Assembly (NCBI GenBank): GCA_008632985.1
Contig: QPGO01000060.1
Location: 310,001-374,000, forward strand
Source: Psammoneis japonica
Lineage: Eukaryota
Direction: 5' to 3'
Length of the DNA stretch: 64,000 nt
Of the stretch, positions 37,592 through 48,933 are shown piece after piece (within the stretch, counting starts at the first letter, position 1; the number at the start of each line of letters is the position of its first letter). Under the pieces are notes generated by a model. The model was given only the letters and a program-made list of their open reading frames with translations. It did no database searches and was not told where the DNA came from. Position numbers and translations under genes: made by a program.

Positions 37592-37930
37592 ATGACTACT
37601 GCTACTACTACTACCGCAACAACTACGTCGTTTCACTCGAAAAAGAATGCTCGCGAGTTTAAGGTCTACCGTCGCAACAAGAACCAACAAGACTTCTCCA
37701 CTACCAACTATTCTCCCCACGTCTTGCACAAGATCGCTCACTTTGCTCAAGAAACCATGGGAACCGAGCGAGTCAAGATGCACCCCGCTCTCTTTTGCCA
37801 CATTTGGGAAACGGGTATTGATAACCCTCCCATTCGCGTGCGGATGAGCCGTCGTTCTACTCATTGCTCGTCTGCGCCTTATACCTTCATCGAGCTTGTG
37901 ATGACACGACATACCTCAAGAACAAGATGA
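37592..37930 (+). CDS. Divergent ribosomal protein eL31 (L31e)-like protein
   Basis: IAHFAQETMGTERVKMHPALFCHIWETGIDNPPIRVRMSRR...YTFIELV aligns by eye to the eL31 core (IKKFAQKxMGTxDVRIDxxLNKxIWxxGIxNVPxRIRVRxSR...LYTLV). Confidence 0.65.
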   Translation: MTTATTTTATTTSFHSKKNAREFKVYRRNKNQQDFSTTNYSPHVLHKIAHFAQETMGTERVKMHPALFCHIWETGIDNPPIRVRMSRRSTHCSSAPYTFIELVMTRHTSRTR

Positions 37931-38431
37931 GTGCTCTTGACCTGAAGGAATAAGGCGTCAGATATGGGGAAAACAGACCGGTGCTTTATTGGATTGTCAT
38001 CGTCAAGTCTCAAACGTCACGATTCATCGGGAGAGTATGCGGTGTCGGGGGATAGAGTTTCAATTCATATATCAGTAGGTGTCGAGTGGTGGACTCTACT
38101 TTCAAGATAAGTCAGCCTCGTACACTCAGTTTGTTTATTAGATTGTTCACAAGAATGACTCGATTGGATTCAGTGGAGAGTCTGCAAGTTTTTGTGGTAT
38201 CAAGGTATCTTTGAATATAGGTAATGCAGAAACAGTAAAGAGAGTATCTTGAACAATCATAAGTTGTTTAGTCACTTGTAGTGCATATGTACCGTAGTTT
38301 CCAACCACCGCTGTATTACCGTCCACAGTGAAGCCGTGGAGAGAGCTTGAACGGTGAACGCACCTTCAAAGACAATACTAGACTATGAGAAGCAGAGTGT
38401 CTCTGGATGCTCAATCACATACAAAAAATAG

Positions 38432-39065
38432 CTACAATTCACCACAGTCGGAAATCACAACTTTCGACCTGGTTTGTCCGCTTCTGCTTCCCACAGCTTC
38501 AATCGCCTTGACGACACTCATACCCTCGATTACTTTTCCAAACACAACGTGCTTTCCATCCAAATGGGGCGTCTTGACGGTGCAAAGAAAGAACTGTGAT
38601 CCGTTTGTGTTGGGCCCACTGTTGGCCATGGACAAAATACCGGGACCCGTGTGTTTTAATTCAAAAGATTCGTCTTTAAACTTGGAGCCGTAAATGCTCT
38701 TTCCGCCAGTGCCGTTTTGCGCTGTTATATCTCCGCCCTGAGATGCAATCAGTAGGAAGTTTGTAAGCATAGAGATACTGCAATTGAAGAAACTTATGTC
38801 TCCACTATTTTCCATACCTGTATCATGAATCCAGGAATGCATCGATGAAAGATGGAATTCTTGTAGCCAAACCCCTTTTCGCCCGTGCAGAGTGCACGAA
38901 AGTTTTCAGCCGTCTTGGGACAATGTCTTTTCGCAATTCCATTACAATCCGACCCGCATTGCTGTTTTGTCCAATGGCAATATCAAAAAAGACTTTTGGA
39001 TTGTCGGGATTGCCAGTGCCGCCAGCGTCTTGCTCTGCCGCTTCGGAAGACGATCCGCAGCCCAT
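38432..39065 (-). CDS. Cyclophilin-type peptidyl-prolyl isomerase with an N-terminal acylation motif
   Basis: [65 protein letters not shown]-terminus MGCGSS. One intron (~38740-38816) and one frameshift (~38915). Confidence 0.93.
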
Positions 39066-39441
39066 GGTTGATGCTCAGCAATCGGGGATCTTAAAAAATA
39101 AAAAATATGAAATACTATGTATTGCATCGGCTGAAGGATTTGAATATGAAAAATCGGATCTTGAATATATAATAATACAATTTTAAATATACAAAATGGA
39201 GCTTCAGTAATCGATTCACTCGAACAATTCCATCTCACCCCCTCTGGTCAGCTGCTCTGACGACTCTGGGCATGAGTTGATACCTGCCGTCCGCCTGGGA
39301 GATAGATAGGCGATGAGAGGAAACATGAAGTAGGCACTGGTAATAATGCTTAATATCATGAAGCAAGCATACTCTCACTGTGCCTGTCTGTAATGAATTC
39401 TGTCTGAAAGAATTGCTCACAATACCGTACTGTACCTAGGT

Positions 39442-41878
39442 CTAGCTTGATCCAAGCCAAGAGCGCCAAAATAGATTTAGAACACAGAGCCCGAAAACTG
39501 CTCCCATTCCCCAGAAATAATATTTTCTTCCTCTTCCTTGCTTTTGAACTGCTTCTTGTACCTCCTCAACGAATTCAGCTTGAAAGAAATGTTCCCGATC
39601 CGTGTCTTTAACTTGTTCCTCCTTTCCAACCAAACTGTCGTCATGTCCAAAGTTGGCTTGCCATGATGGCTGGGCTTGCTTAGACCCCCGATCCATGGCT
39701 TTTTCTTGCTCACCCTCTCCCATCAAACCGTCGTCGTGTCCAAAGGTGGCATGCCACGATGGCTGACTCCCATTGGTGTGAGAGGATGAACTCGTGCGCT
39801 CACTCCGGTCTTGCTTAGACGCCGATGCGTGTCTTTTTCTTGTTCCTCCTTTCCCATCACACCGTCGTCATGTCCAAATTTAGCTTGCCACGATGGCTGA
39901 TTCACATTAGCGAGAGAGGATGAAGGCGTGCGCGCACTCTGGTCTTGCTTTTGTACCGTGTAAGACTTCCCCCATTCCTTTGTAGGTACGTGTTCCTCCT
40001 TCTTCTCGTCTTCAACCGCTCGCTCTTGTGTCGGAGCAAAATCAGCTTGCCACGATGCCTCGCGCACACAGGTGGGAGAGGGTGAGTTTGCTGGTACCTT
40101 GTCGTTGCGTGAGCGTACTGATGATGGTGGTGTATATACTACAACATCACCAAAGCCTTCCTCTTGAGATTGATGAACGATCCTTTGCGGCACTTCTTCT
40201 CTTGGAGCGGAGCTTTTGAAGGAGTCGTCTTCAAAGACCATCCAACTCGAAGTTGATCCTGAAAAAGTCAACTCGTTCAAGGAGCCGGCAGTATCCTGAG
40301 GAGAAGTTTCTACTTCCGTACTCTTCATGAAGATGATCCGGTAGACGACGGTTCTAGCGGAGTAGAGGAAGATGTGGAGCTTCTTGATTTCCTGTCAACT
40401 TGTTCCTTCTTATGTTGATGCATGGTATTGTCATTCATAGTTGGAGGAAGTCGTGGGGAAGAATTGATGGAACGCGTTGGCCTGGTATTTCCAGAAACGA
40501 CGGTGGCTTTCCCATTCTGCAATGAGGTAGCTTCGAGGTGTCTCTCAAGCAAGGATTTGTTCCTCTTATTTTCCAGCTTGGCCAAGACTCCGCTTAAATT
40601 GTGAACTTGGGTTGTCGCTTCTGACGACAAGGACTTGATTCCATCCGCCGTTATGGTTGATGCAGCAGGCAAAATCTTGGCGGATGCGTTTCCAACACTA
40701 CTACCGCTACTCGAAGCGCGTTCCCGTTTACTATCTGACGGACCGCGCACCCAAGATTTGTGAGGAACAAGAACATCCTCCACACGAACGGCATCAATTC
40801 CATTCTCCTCGGCGACTGAGTAGAGATCGCTTAGAATATCAGTTGCGGATGCGGTAGTGCTGTTGGATTCCTCTGCATTCTTTAGAAACTGAGAAGCATC
40901 GGCACACTTTTGCAGAATCGCGCGACTAACGTGAACTTCGATGCAATGCTCACCTCGGGCTGATCGTGAACGAATTGAGTTTCTTGATCTTCTGGAACTT
41001 CTGGATCTTGTAGAGCCCCTGGTTCTGGTAGAAGTGACAGAGCTTGAATCCCTTGGCGCTTTCAATTGTTGAACATGAGTCCTCACCTTTGAAGTCGTTG
41101 GGTCGATTGCTTCCTTGACCGTATGCTCAATTTTCACGTCCCGTCCCACCATTTCATCAGGAGGACTAATAAGAAGAGGTCTTGGTGAAGTGACGATCGG
41201 AGACACTTTCTTGGGGGAAGGAGTGGCGTCCATGATGTTTGAATTTGACGGAGCAGTTTCGCCCGTCAGGTTTTCCTTGTCATGGCCCGATTCACTCTGT
41301 TCGCCCCTACCGTCCTTTTCCATTTCCGCGTCGTGAATGGTAACAGCAATTTCCGATTTCACGTGCTGACGATCCTTTTCATCCAGAAAAGGCGAAGAAT
41401 TCTCAGTCGTGATATTGATATCTTGTTCGCTGTCCATATTTGCTCTAGAAGAGAAAACTCGGGAGGCTTTTTCAAAGTCGGATGGCATCTTAGCTTCACC
41501 CGTTTGTTTACTGGTAGGCGTCTTTTTTGCTTTCTCGGTTGAGTGGCTCTTGCTCTTAACGACACAAGTTGTAGAAACGACACTCTTGGTAGATCGAACA
41601 GTCGCGGGACGAGATCTTGAACGGGGTACTGATACCGATCTGCTACTCGACCGAGGAGTGGTCACTTTTTGACGTTGTCGTGGAACCGATGCACTTCTTG
41701 AGCTGTTGATCTTTTTCAGTCGTAGTCGACGACTCCCGACCGTGCCGACGGATCTTGTTTCGCAAGATTGTGATTTGCCTCGAGATCTCCTCCTCTTTGA
41801 CTTTGAACTACTGTCGTCCACATTCATTTCCGCTCCTTCCTCCTTTCGAGGAGATAGTAGCTTTCGAACAGAGCGCAT
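39442..41878 (-). CDS. Large S/R-rich disordered protein with SWQAxFG repeats and a C-terminal transmembrane anchor
   Basis: Three consecutive ORFs (41878-40325, 40328-39723, 39726-39442) joined by single-base frameshifts. C-terminus YYFWGMGAVFGLCVLNLFW. Confidence 0.6.
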
Positions 41879-42755
41879 CTTGTATTAATTGTCAGACTGA
41901 TGGCTTATGAACTAGAGTGGTGACGGCGACGCAATGCTGCGGTTTTTGCTCATGAGAACCACGAATTTGTGGGAGACACGAAAAATCTAAATTTTCGACC
42001 CTCCCGCGCGACAAAAAGATTAATTATGCATACGGCCGTTGTAGGATCTTTATCTAAAATAAGGGTTGGATACACTTTATTTGGTCAATTAGGCGTTTCG
42101 TTTGTCTGAATCGGCGAAATCGCAAAATTAATATTATACATTATTTTAGGATACATATTTCTCAACGCACTAAGTATTTCGTTTGGCGAGGATGGTTGTA
42201 TCGCTGACGACGTTATTCATTTATTAAAGTGTGTTTTCCAACATTAGTATTATCGTCGCATTCGCTCCGGCGGGCACAAGAAGTGTTGTCCGTTATTTCG
42301 AATCAAACCAGTCGATTGCTTGACGGACGAAGTACAGAAGAAATTCCGCGAAATCATGTATCCGCTCCGCCCGCCAGCTCAGGCGACACCCCTTCGTTTT
42401 CAAAATATTTTTTTAGCTCTTTCCTCACCATAGTAAATTGAAGCGGTTCAACCGCAACAGTTTTTCGCGGCACTGACGAAAGACGCACACCCGGCAACCA
42501 GATTGGAAGATAGACACCAGACTGCATCATCTTGCTGTTAGGGCCCTAGCTCTAGCTACAGTAGAGAGTAGAGTTGCTTCGACTGTTCTGTCGAGACAAC
42601 TTTCATGGCCACGTACCCCTCACCTTGACACCACTCTTCGGTATCCTCTGTATTCGTCGACTTCAGTTGACACGAATGATACATTCGTTACAGAACTCAG
42701 TGGCAAGCTACCTTACAGATTCTTCGTCTTATTTCTTCAGAAGAATTGAATCAAA

Positions 42756-43536
42756 ATGGCAACTACTTCAGTTGCTCCTCCTCAGCCAGTGGCAGCAACG
42801 ACGGCATGGACGACGCCAGCGATTGTCGATTGGCCCAGCTTATTGACGAGTTCAGTCGGCAGTGCCCTCTATCAGCAATCGGTGGCTCATCATTACCACT
42901 TGCTTGAGAGCTACAACAATCACATGCCTCCGTCCTCACTCAGTGGATATGCTTTTTTCTGCGACGGTCTCGTGATTGCTCTCGACGATAAGGATTCGTT
43001 GCATTGCCAGAGTGGCGGTGATTCGTTTGATTGTGGAAGTTATGAGTACAATGCTCCCTTTTTATCCATTTCGCTGTTTGATTCACCCTGACGCCGGCAA
43101 CCGATTTGCTCTATCAGGATTCCATGTTGCTCTCCTTTGCATCGCCGAAACGGGATCGTGTCATGTAGTGAGTTTGGAGTGGAAACAGTATTCATTAGAC
43201 CATTATCTTGGCATGTCGTGTCCCAAGCATCATTTTGCCTTGGGCTTGTCTGGAGACGTGGCATTGCGATTTCAACACGACGTTTCGGAGAAACACACAA
43301 TTGTCCGTGATTCGTACGGAGTTTACAAACAAGACAGTGATTCGATTAAAATGTACTTTGGACCGCAGCAGGGAAGACAAGTGACTGTGTTGGAGGGACG
43401 CTCTCGGAGAATCAACTCGAGCTCGAGACTATTCCAGAACCCTGCACGCACGATGGATCAAGCTCCATTACATCCATCAATGAGTTGCCACGAATCAATG
43501 AGCAGAGACCAAGAGGACGAAAACGAAAACGGGTAG
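42756..43536 (+). CDS. Hypothetical protein (one frameshift or short intron)
   Basis: Overlapping protein-like ORFs 42756-43091 and 42976-43536. Confidence 0.45.
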
Positions 43537-43794
43537 CACGCGTATTTCAATCGCTCTTTTCAAAGCAATTGAGAAATGTTCAAGAAACGTGGACCGTAAT
43601 TCAGAATTCGTGGTTCTTTCTGCTGGTGCGATCGGGCATTAGGGGGCAGACTGGAATTGGAGTGACAGCGACGGCTGTTCTGTCACAGATTGTTCGAAAT
43701 TGGTCTCAGCTCCATCCAAACAGGGAAGAAACAACCCTGTAGTTTTACGCAGCTTGTGTGCAGTATATTCTTTTTTGTTATTTTAGGATTGACA

Positions 43795-45380
43795 TTACAT
43801 TCCATATTCTTTTCGTTGCAAATGTGCCTTGACACTGGATACAATATATTCCATGGGTGGTCCTCGTCGACCCGCACTCGATGCAGGAACAGTCTCTGCC
43901 AATTCAAATCCCGATGCACCGTCAACATCAATGTGAATTTGCCAATCCTCGGGATACCGTCTCAACACGACAACCTTGGGTGACTTTGGAGTTTCTTCTT
44001 CTTGTTGTTGTGATTCTCCAAACACATTTCCCTCAAGTACAGTCGGACGAGCAATGAGCGGCAACAAACTGTAAACCGTTTCGGCCTCTCGCAATTCTCG
44101 TGGCAAGGGATCCACTTTGCAATTGACAAAAACAAACGACTTGGTATCGGAATAGGTTCCCACAAGTGAACGGATGGCCATTGTTTCTTCCATTGACACG
44201 GCCGACAAGACAACAATGATTTCTTCTGAATCGGCAGGCAGAGCGTTATCCTTGAGTGCCTGTACCACGTCGGAACTCATGTCAATGCCAGTCGAAATGG
44301 TGTCAGATCCAAACAAACTCGACAACGAAAGGATTTGGAACTCTTTGGAAGCGTTCTTGGTTTTCGACGTTTGCGGGGATTTTGCTTTTCGATTTGTTCG
44401 GTTGAAATAATAACTTGATTGTCGTCGGTTGCTTTTGCCTCAGTTGTCTCTTCTTCCTCCTCCTCGTCATTGTCATCCCAATTGGCAAGCATTTGTGCAC
44501 GAAACGAGTCCAAATCACTCTTATCTGCCGACACAGGATCTGCCTTGACTTTGGGAGTACTTGGTTGATCCTTTTCGTTCGATTCTTTTTGTGGCGTGCT
44601 GCTCTCCTTCTCGTCAACTACTACTTCCGACACATCCTTCTCATTTTGTTGATTTCATTTGATCCTCCAATTTGGCCAAGGCTTCATCTGTAACGTCTGA
44701 AATTGAGTCAATGTAATCGTCCTCATCATCTTCGTCGTCAAGGTCGACAGACTCTACACTGGACGCTACATCATTATTGTCAAAATTATCTTCTTCATTC
44801 TCGTCGTCATTCTCACGCTCCATTTGTTGTTTTGCAAACTCCCGTTCTCGCGCCTCCAACACTCGTGTTGCCGTGTCGAGTGTCGTTTGGTCTCGCACCA
44901 AAACGAGCGATTGTTGTTCGAGCGATTGTACAAGTCCAATGCAAAATTCCATGGCCAACACCTCATCGTAAATGTTGGAACCCTGTTCAATGTCATAGGC
45001 TGGAAGTAAGAGGTCTACAAAGCAAATCTTTTCGCCGGCCGCCTTGGCTTGTAACAAACAAGAAGCTATACGAGTAGAGAACAACATATGTGTGGGATGT
45101 TGGAATCGAGAAAATACGTGATTCGAAACCGCTCACCGAGTGTTTTACTCACCTGCTGCACTCGCTGCCGCCTTTGAGTCTCCTGGAATGTCACCCATGG
45201 TTTGAGAGTCCCAGGACGACTCGAGCATTTGTCGCATGAGATCCATGCCTCCTTCCTCGCGATCGTCATTATCTTTTGAACTATAAAGCAGTACATCCTT
45301 GTTTTTATTGGGGCTTTATAAACGAGTGTGATGGAACAAAAGCACAGGAAATATTTATTAAGGAAAGGAACAGCACCATC
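43795..45380 (-). CDS. Plastid-targeted DUF1995-like protein with an acidic insertion
   Basis: C-terminal ETVYSLLPL...VVVLRRYPEDWQIHID...GFELA; N-terminal LFLSLINISCA-FVP motif. One intron (~45070-45153) and several frameshifts; start position approximate. Confidence 0.65.
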
Positions 45381-45746
45381 CATGGTAGCGCGATGCTTCT
45401 CCTTTGGAAATTGCAAAGCGACACGGCGGCATGTTTGCCATGGTGGTGGTTGTTGGCCGTTTTTGCGCCACAAAAAAAAAAAAAAGCGGGAAATGCCGAT
45501 CCAGTCGATTACTTCGATTGGCTTTCTTCAAACTGACGTCACCGTTGAACATTTGGCGATATACAATATATTGTGTCTGTATATATGTTTCTGACGCTGG
45601 AACACGCACGCGAATGGATCCGTTGTGCGATTTTTTGGCGGGTGATCGTGATGGTGTTGATGTTGATGGGTTTTATCTTCTTCTATCTCCTTCGCATCCA
45701 ATCAACCAGAAGATATCACGCTTGTTCTGCATACACGGTAACAACC

Positions 45747-47505
45747 ATGAGATTCAGATCGAGTGCTCTTGCCGCCCTCGTGGGCCTAGCATCAACTTCG
45801 GAAGCGTTTGCACCATGGACCGGTAGTCATAAGAAGAACACAGCTTGTTTTGTCGGTGCTCGGTTCCAACCAAGTAACGTCCCAGACCCGACCGCCGGAT
45901 TGCCCACGTCGTTACCGGCCGATTCGCCAAAGTGCGACACACCCCTCAACGACCTGATTGGCACGGCACCATCGGCAGATGCGATTCGATACGGCTCTCG
46001 GGCTCGTGAAATTTCGGATGCGGCACCCCAGCACATTGCTTCGGGGAACACCATGCCTCCGGATGCCTCGACGCTTCCTCCGGAATCGCCAATTCGAAAT
46101 ACGGCATCGGCTTCGCCGCAGAGTGGCATGTCGGCAAGTCTTTCACCCGATGTACCAGCCTGGGATAATCATGCTCAGCGGCAGCAGGGATATGTGCCAC
46201 AGCAACAGGGTCGTCCTCAGCCGAATAGGCAACAACAAAGGCCAGTCTCGCTAGAACCCGATCCAAAGGCACCGCTCCCTCCAGAAGCTCAGAATCGAAT
46301 GAGAGCTACGGGATCTCCGACTCAGGGAATGCCAACTGGCTTATCGCCGGACCCACCAAAGTGCGATACGGCCCCGGATCAATACGTGCCTCCACCCTCG
46401 AGGCATGGTATTCCAGGCTCGTTAAAATCGGATCCCAAGGGTCCTCTCCCTCCCGAAGCGCAGAATCGAATCCAGTCCACTTCCTCTCCGACTTCCGGCA
46501 TGCCGAATGCACTGTCGCCGGATTACCCCGACGAATCTCGAAGTCCCTCTCTCATGCCGGATACCGTCATGTTTCACGATCGTGTCGTGGACACTCCTCA
46601 AGGACCAAGCTATCAAATGCCGAGTGCGCTGACACCGGACTATGCCGATGGAGGCGAATTGGGTGCGCGCTCGCAACAAATTGATGCCACGAAAAAGGTC
46701 AATTTACCCATGTCACCTCTGCCGGCGGATGGTCCTCAATCGCACAGGCCCACGACGGGCATGAAGCCCGTGTCGTCGTCTTCCACCAATTTGTCAGCCT
46801 CGCTACCGCCGAATGGAGTGAACTTTAGTGACAATGTCGTGGAGGCATCCAAGCAAAAGTTACCACCCTCCTTGACCCCGATTACATGGATCCACCAACC
46901 TATGGAGTGCCTGGATTTGGTGACACGAGCGGTCCAAATCATCATCCTGGTGGTAATCTGGAGGATGCCGAATTGAATAAGGCTGTGGATTCTTCATGGA
47001 GAAAATGAAAGACAATGAAGCTTTTCAAAAACTAAGCATGGGAGAGCGTATTGCCACCGTGGCCAAGGCGATTGTGGAGCAAGACCATACGACGGCAGCC
47101 GCTCCTCCACCGAGGAGCCAGCCAGAGCCGGTAAAAGCTGCTGCAACAGCACCTCCTGTGCCATCCAATGCAATGCCAGCAAAGGAAACTACAAAACCGG
47201 CCATGCCTCCTCCTCCAAGTGGCGGACTGAATGCGAGTCCTCCGTCCTTTCCGAAACCAGGAGAAACGACGCCGAAGACCATGCCTCCAAGTGGCGGTCT
47301 GAATGCGAGTGCTCCGTCCTTTCCGAAACCAGCATCGGGAACGACGCCTCCAAGTGGTCTGAATGCGTCTCCTCCGTCCTTTCCAAAGCCAGGGTCCTTT
47401 CCGAAAGCGGAGTCACCGGCTGCTCCGCAAATGAATGCACCGCCAACATATGATGCACCTGCACACAAGGATGAGGCTACTGTGCCTACGGACGACGAGC
47501 ATTAA
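45747..47505 (+). CDS. Plastid-targeted Pro-rich repeat protein, paralog 1
   Basis: Signal peptide MRFRSSALAALVGLASTSEA-FAP. Repeats (S/A)L(S/T)PD and PKCDT. Helical domain AELNKAVDxFMEKMKDNEAFQKLSMGERIATVAKAIVE. Frameshifts at ~46880 and ~46990. Confidence 0.7.
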
Positions 47506-47520
47506 GTCGACAGCAAGCAA

Positions 47521-48490
47521 GATGGGTGGGGCGGATAGAATGAAACTGACAGAATAATTGACGCATCATGGCTAAGGAAATGTGGTCCCAGTCTTTTCTT
47601 TGGTATAGTACATATAATAAGATTGAAAAATACGTTTCTATCAACTCTAGCTGTTCTCTTCTGTCGCATCGTTGACAGCCTGAAAAGGCATGTAGGCAGA
47701 GAACAACTCGATCACACGGGACAGAAAATGCATGGGGACATCGAAGCTGGACAGCGCTGGTTTCAGTAAAACTAGGGCCCTGCGTTGATGCTTGATGGGT
47801 GGGGGCGAATAGAATGAAACTGACAGCATAATTGACGCATCATGGCTAAGGAAATGTGGTCTCAGTCTTTTCTTTGGTATAGTACATATAGTAAGATAAA
47901 AAATACGTTTCTATCAACTCTAGCTGTTCTCTTCTGCCGCATCGTTGACAGCCTGAAGAAAAGATAGAATGAAACTGACAGAATAATTGACGCATCATGG
48001 CTAAGGAAATGTGGTCCCAGTCTTTTCTTTGGTATAGTACATATAATAAGATTGAAAAATACGTTTCTATCAACTCTAGCTGTTCTCTTCTGTCGCATCG
48101 TTGACAGCCTGAAAAGGCATGTAGGCAGAGAACAACTCGATCACACGGGACAGAAAATGCATGGGGACATCGAAGCTGGACAGCGCTGGTTTCAGTAAAA
48201 CTAGGGCCCTGCGTTGATGCTTGATGGGTGGGGCGAATAGAATGAAACTGACAGCATAATTGACGCATCATGGCTAAGGAAATGTGGTCTCAGTCTTTTC
48301 TTTGGTATAGTACATATAGTAAGATAAAAAAATACGTTTCTATCAACTCTAGCTGTTCTCTTCTGCCGCATCGTTGACAGCCTGAAGAAAAGGCATGTCG
48401 GCAGAGAACAATTGGATCACACAGGACAGAAAATGCATGGGGGGCATCGAAGCTGGACAGCGCTGGTTTTAGTAAAACTAGGGCCCCACG
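47521..48490. repeat. Intergenic tandem array of a ~273-bp unit (3 full copies and 1 truncated) with higher-order A-B-A-B structure
   Basis: ATAGAATGAAACTGACAG(A/C)ATAATTGACGCATCATGGCTAAGGAAATGTGG recurs at ~47535, 47808, 47963 and 48237. Alternate copies share diagnostic variants. Confidence 0.92.
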
Positions 48491-48933
48491 TTTCTATCAT
48501 CAACAAAAGCTTTGGCCTCCAAAGTGGGGGGCGTCTTTGGAAGTGAGATCGACGAAGGCGATCTGATCGCCAGTGCGTTTGGGGGTTTTCCCAGTACAAT
48601 TTGTACGCACAAAAAAACACGTAGGATCTGTCCAGCGATCCCAAATACCCCAATCGCACTGATTGACAGACTGTTTTAGTACAAATTCTACGTAACTTTC
48701 TTCGACAGTCTCACTTCCGAAGACGTCCCCCAAAAGGAGGTGGTAGCTGAAACAAACCCGGAAAATGGAGTCTTTCGCCAGGAGCTGGACGCGCGCGCGC
48801 ACGACCAACCGTTGGAAAGCTAAATAAATCTCATAGGGAACTCAACTGCCGTGGTCCCTTCCCTTCGGGATCAGATTCTCACACCAACACATCACAAAGT
48901 GAGCGTCAAGTCATCGCCAAAGAAGGAGGCAAC

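Noticed and set aside
47220..47410. GLNASAPSFPKP repeats as PAM2 (PABP-binding) motifs
   Set aside because: The resemblance is partial and the protein appears plastid-targeted, where cytosolic PABP is absent.
47521..48490. CRISPR-like array
   Set aside because: Units are ~273 bp with no unique spacers, there are no cas genes, and the context is eukaryotic.
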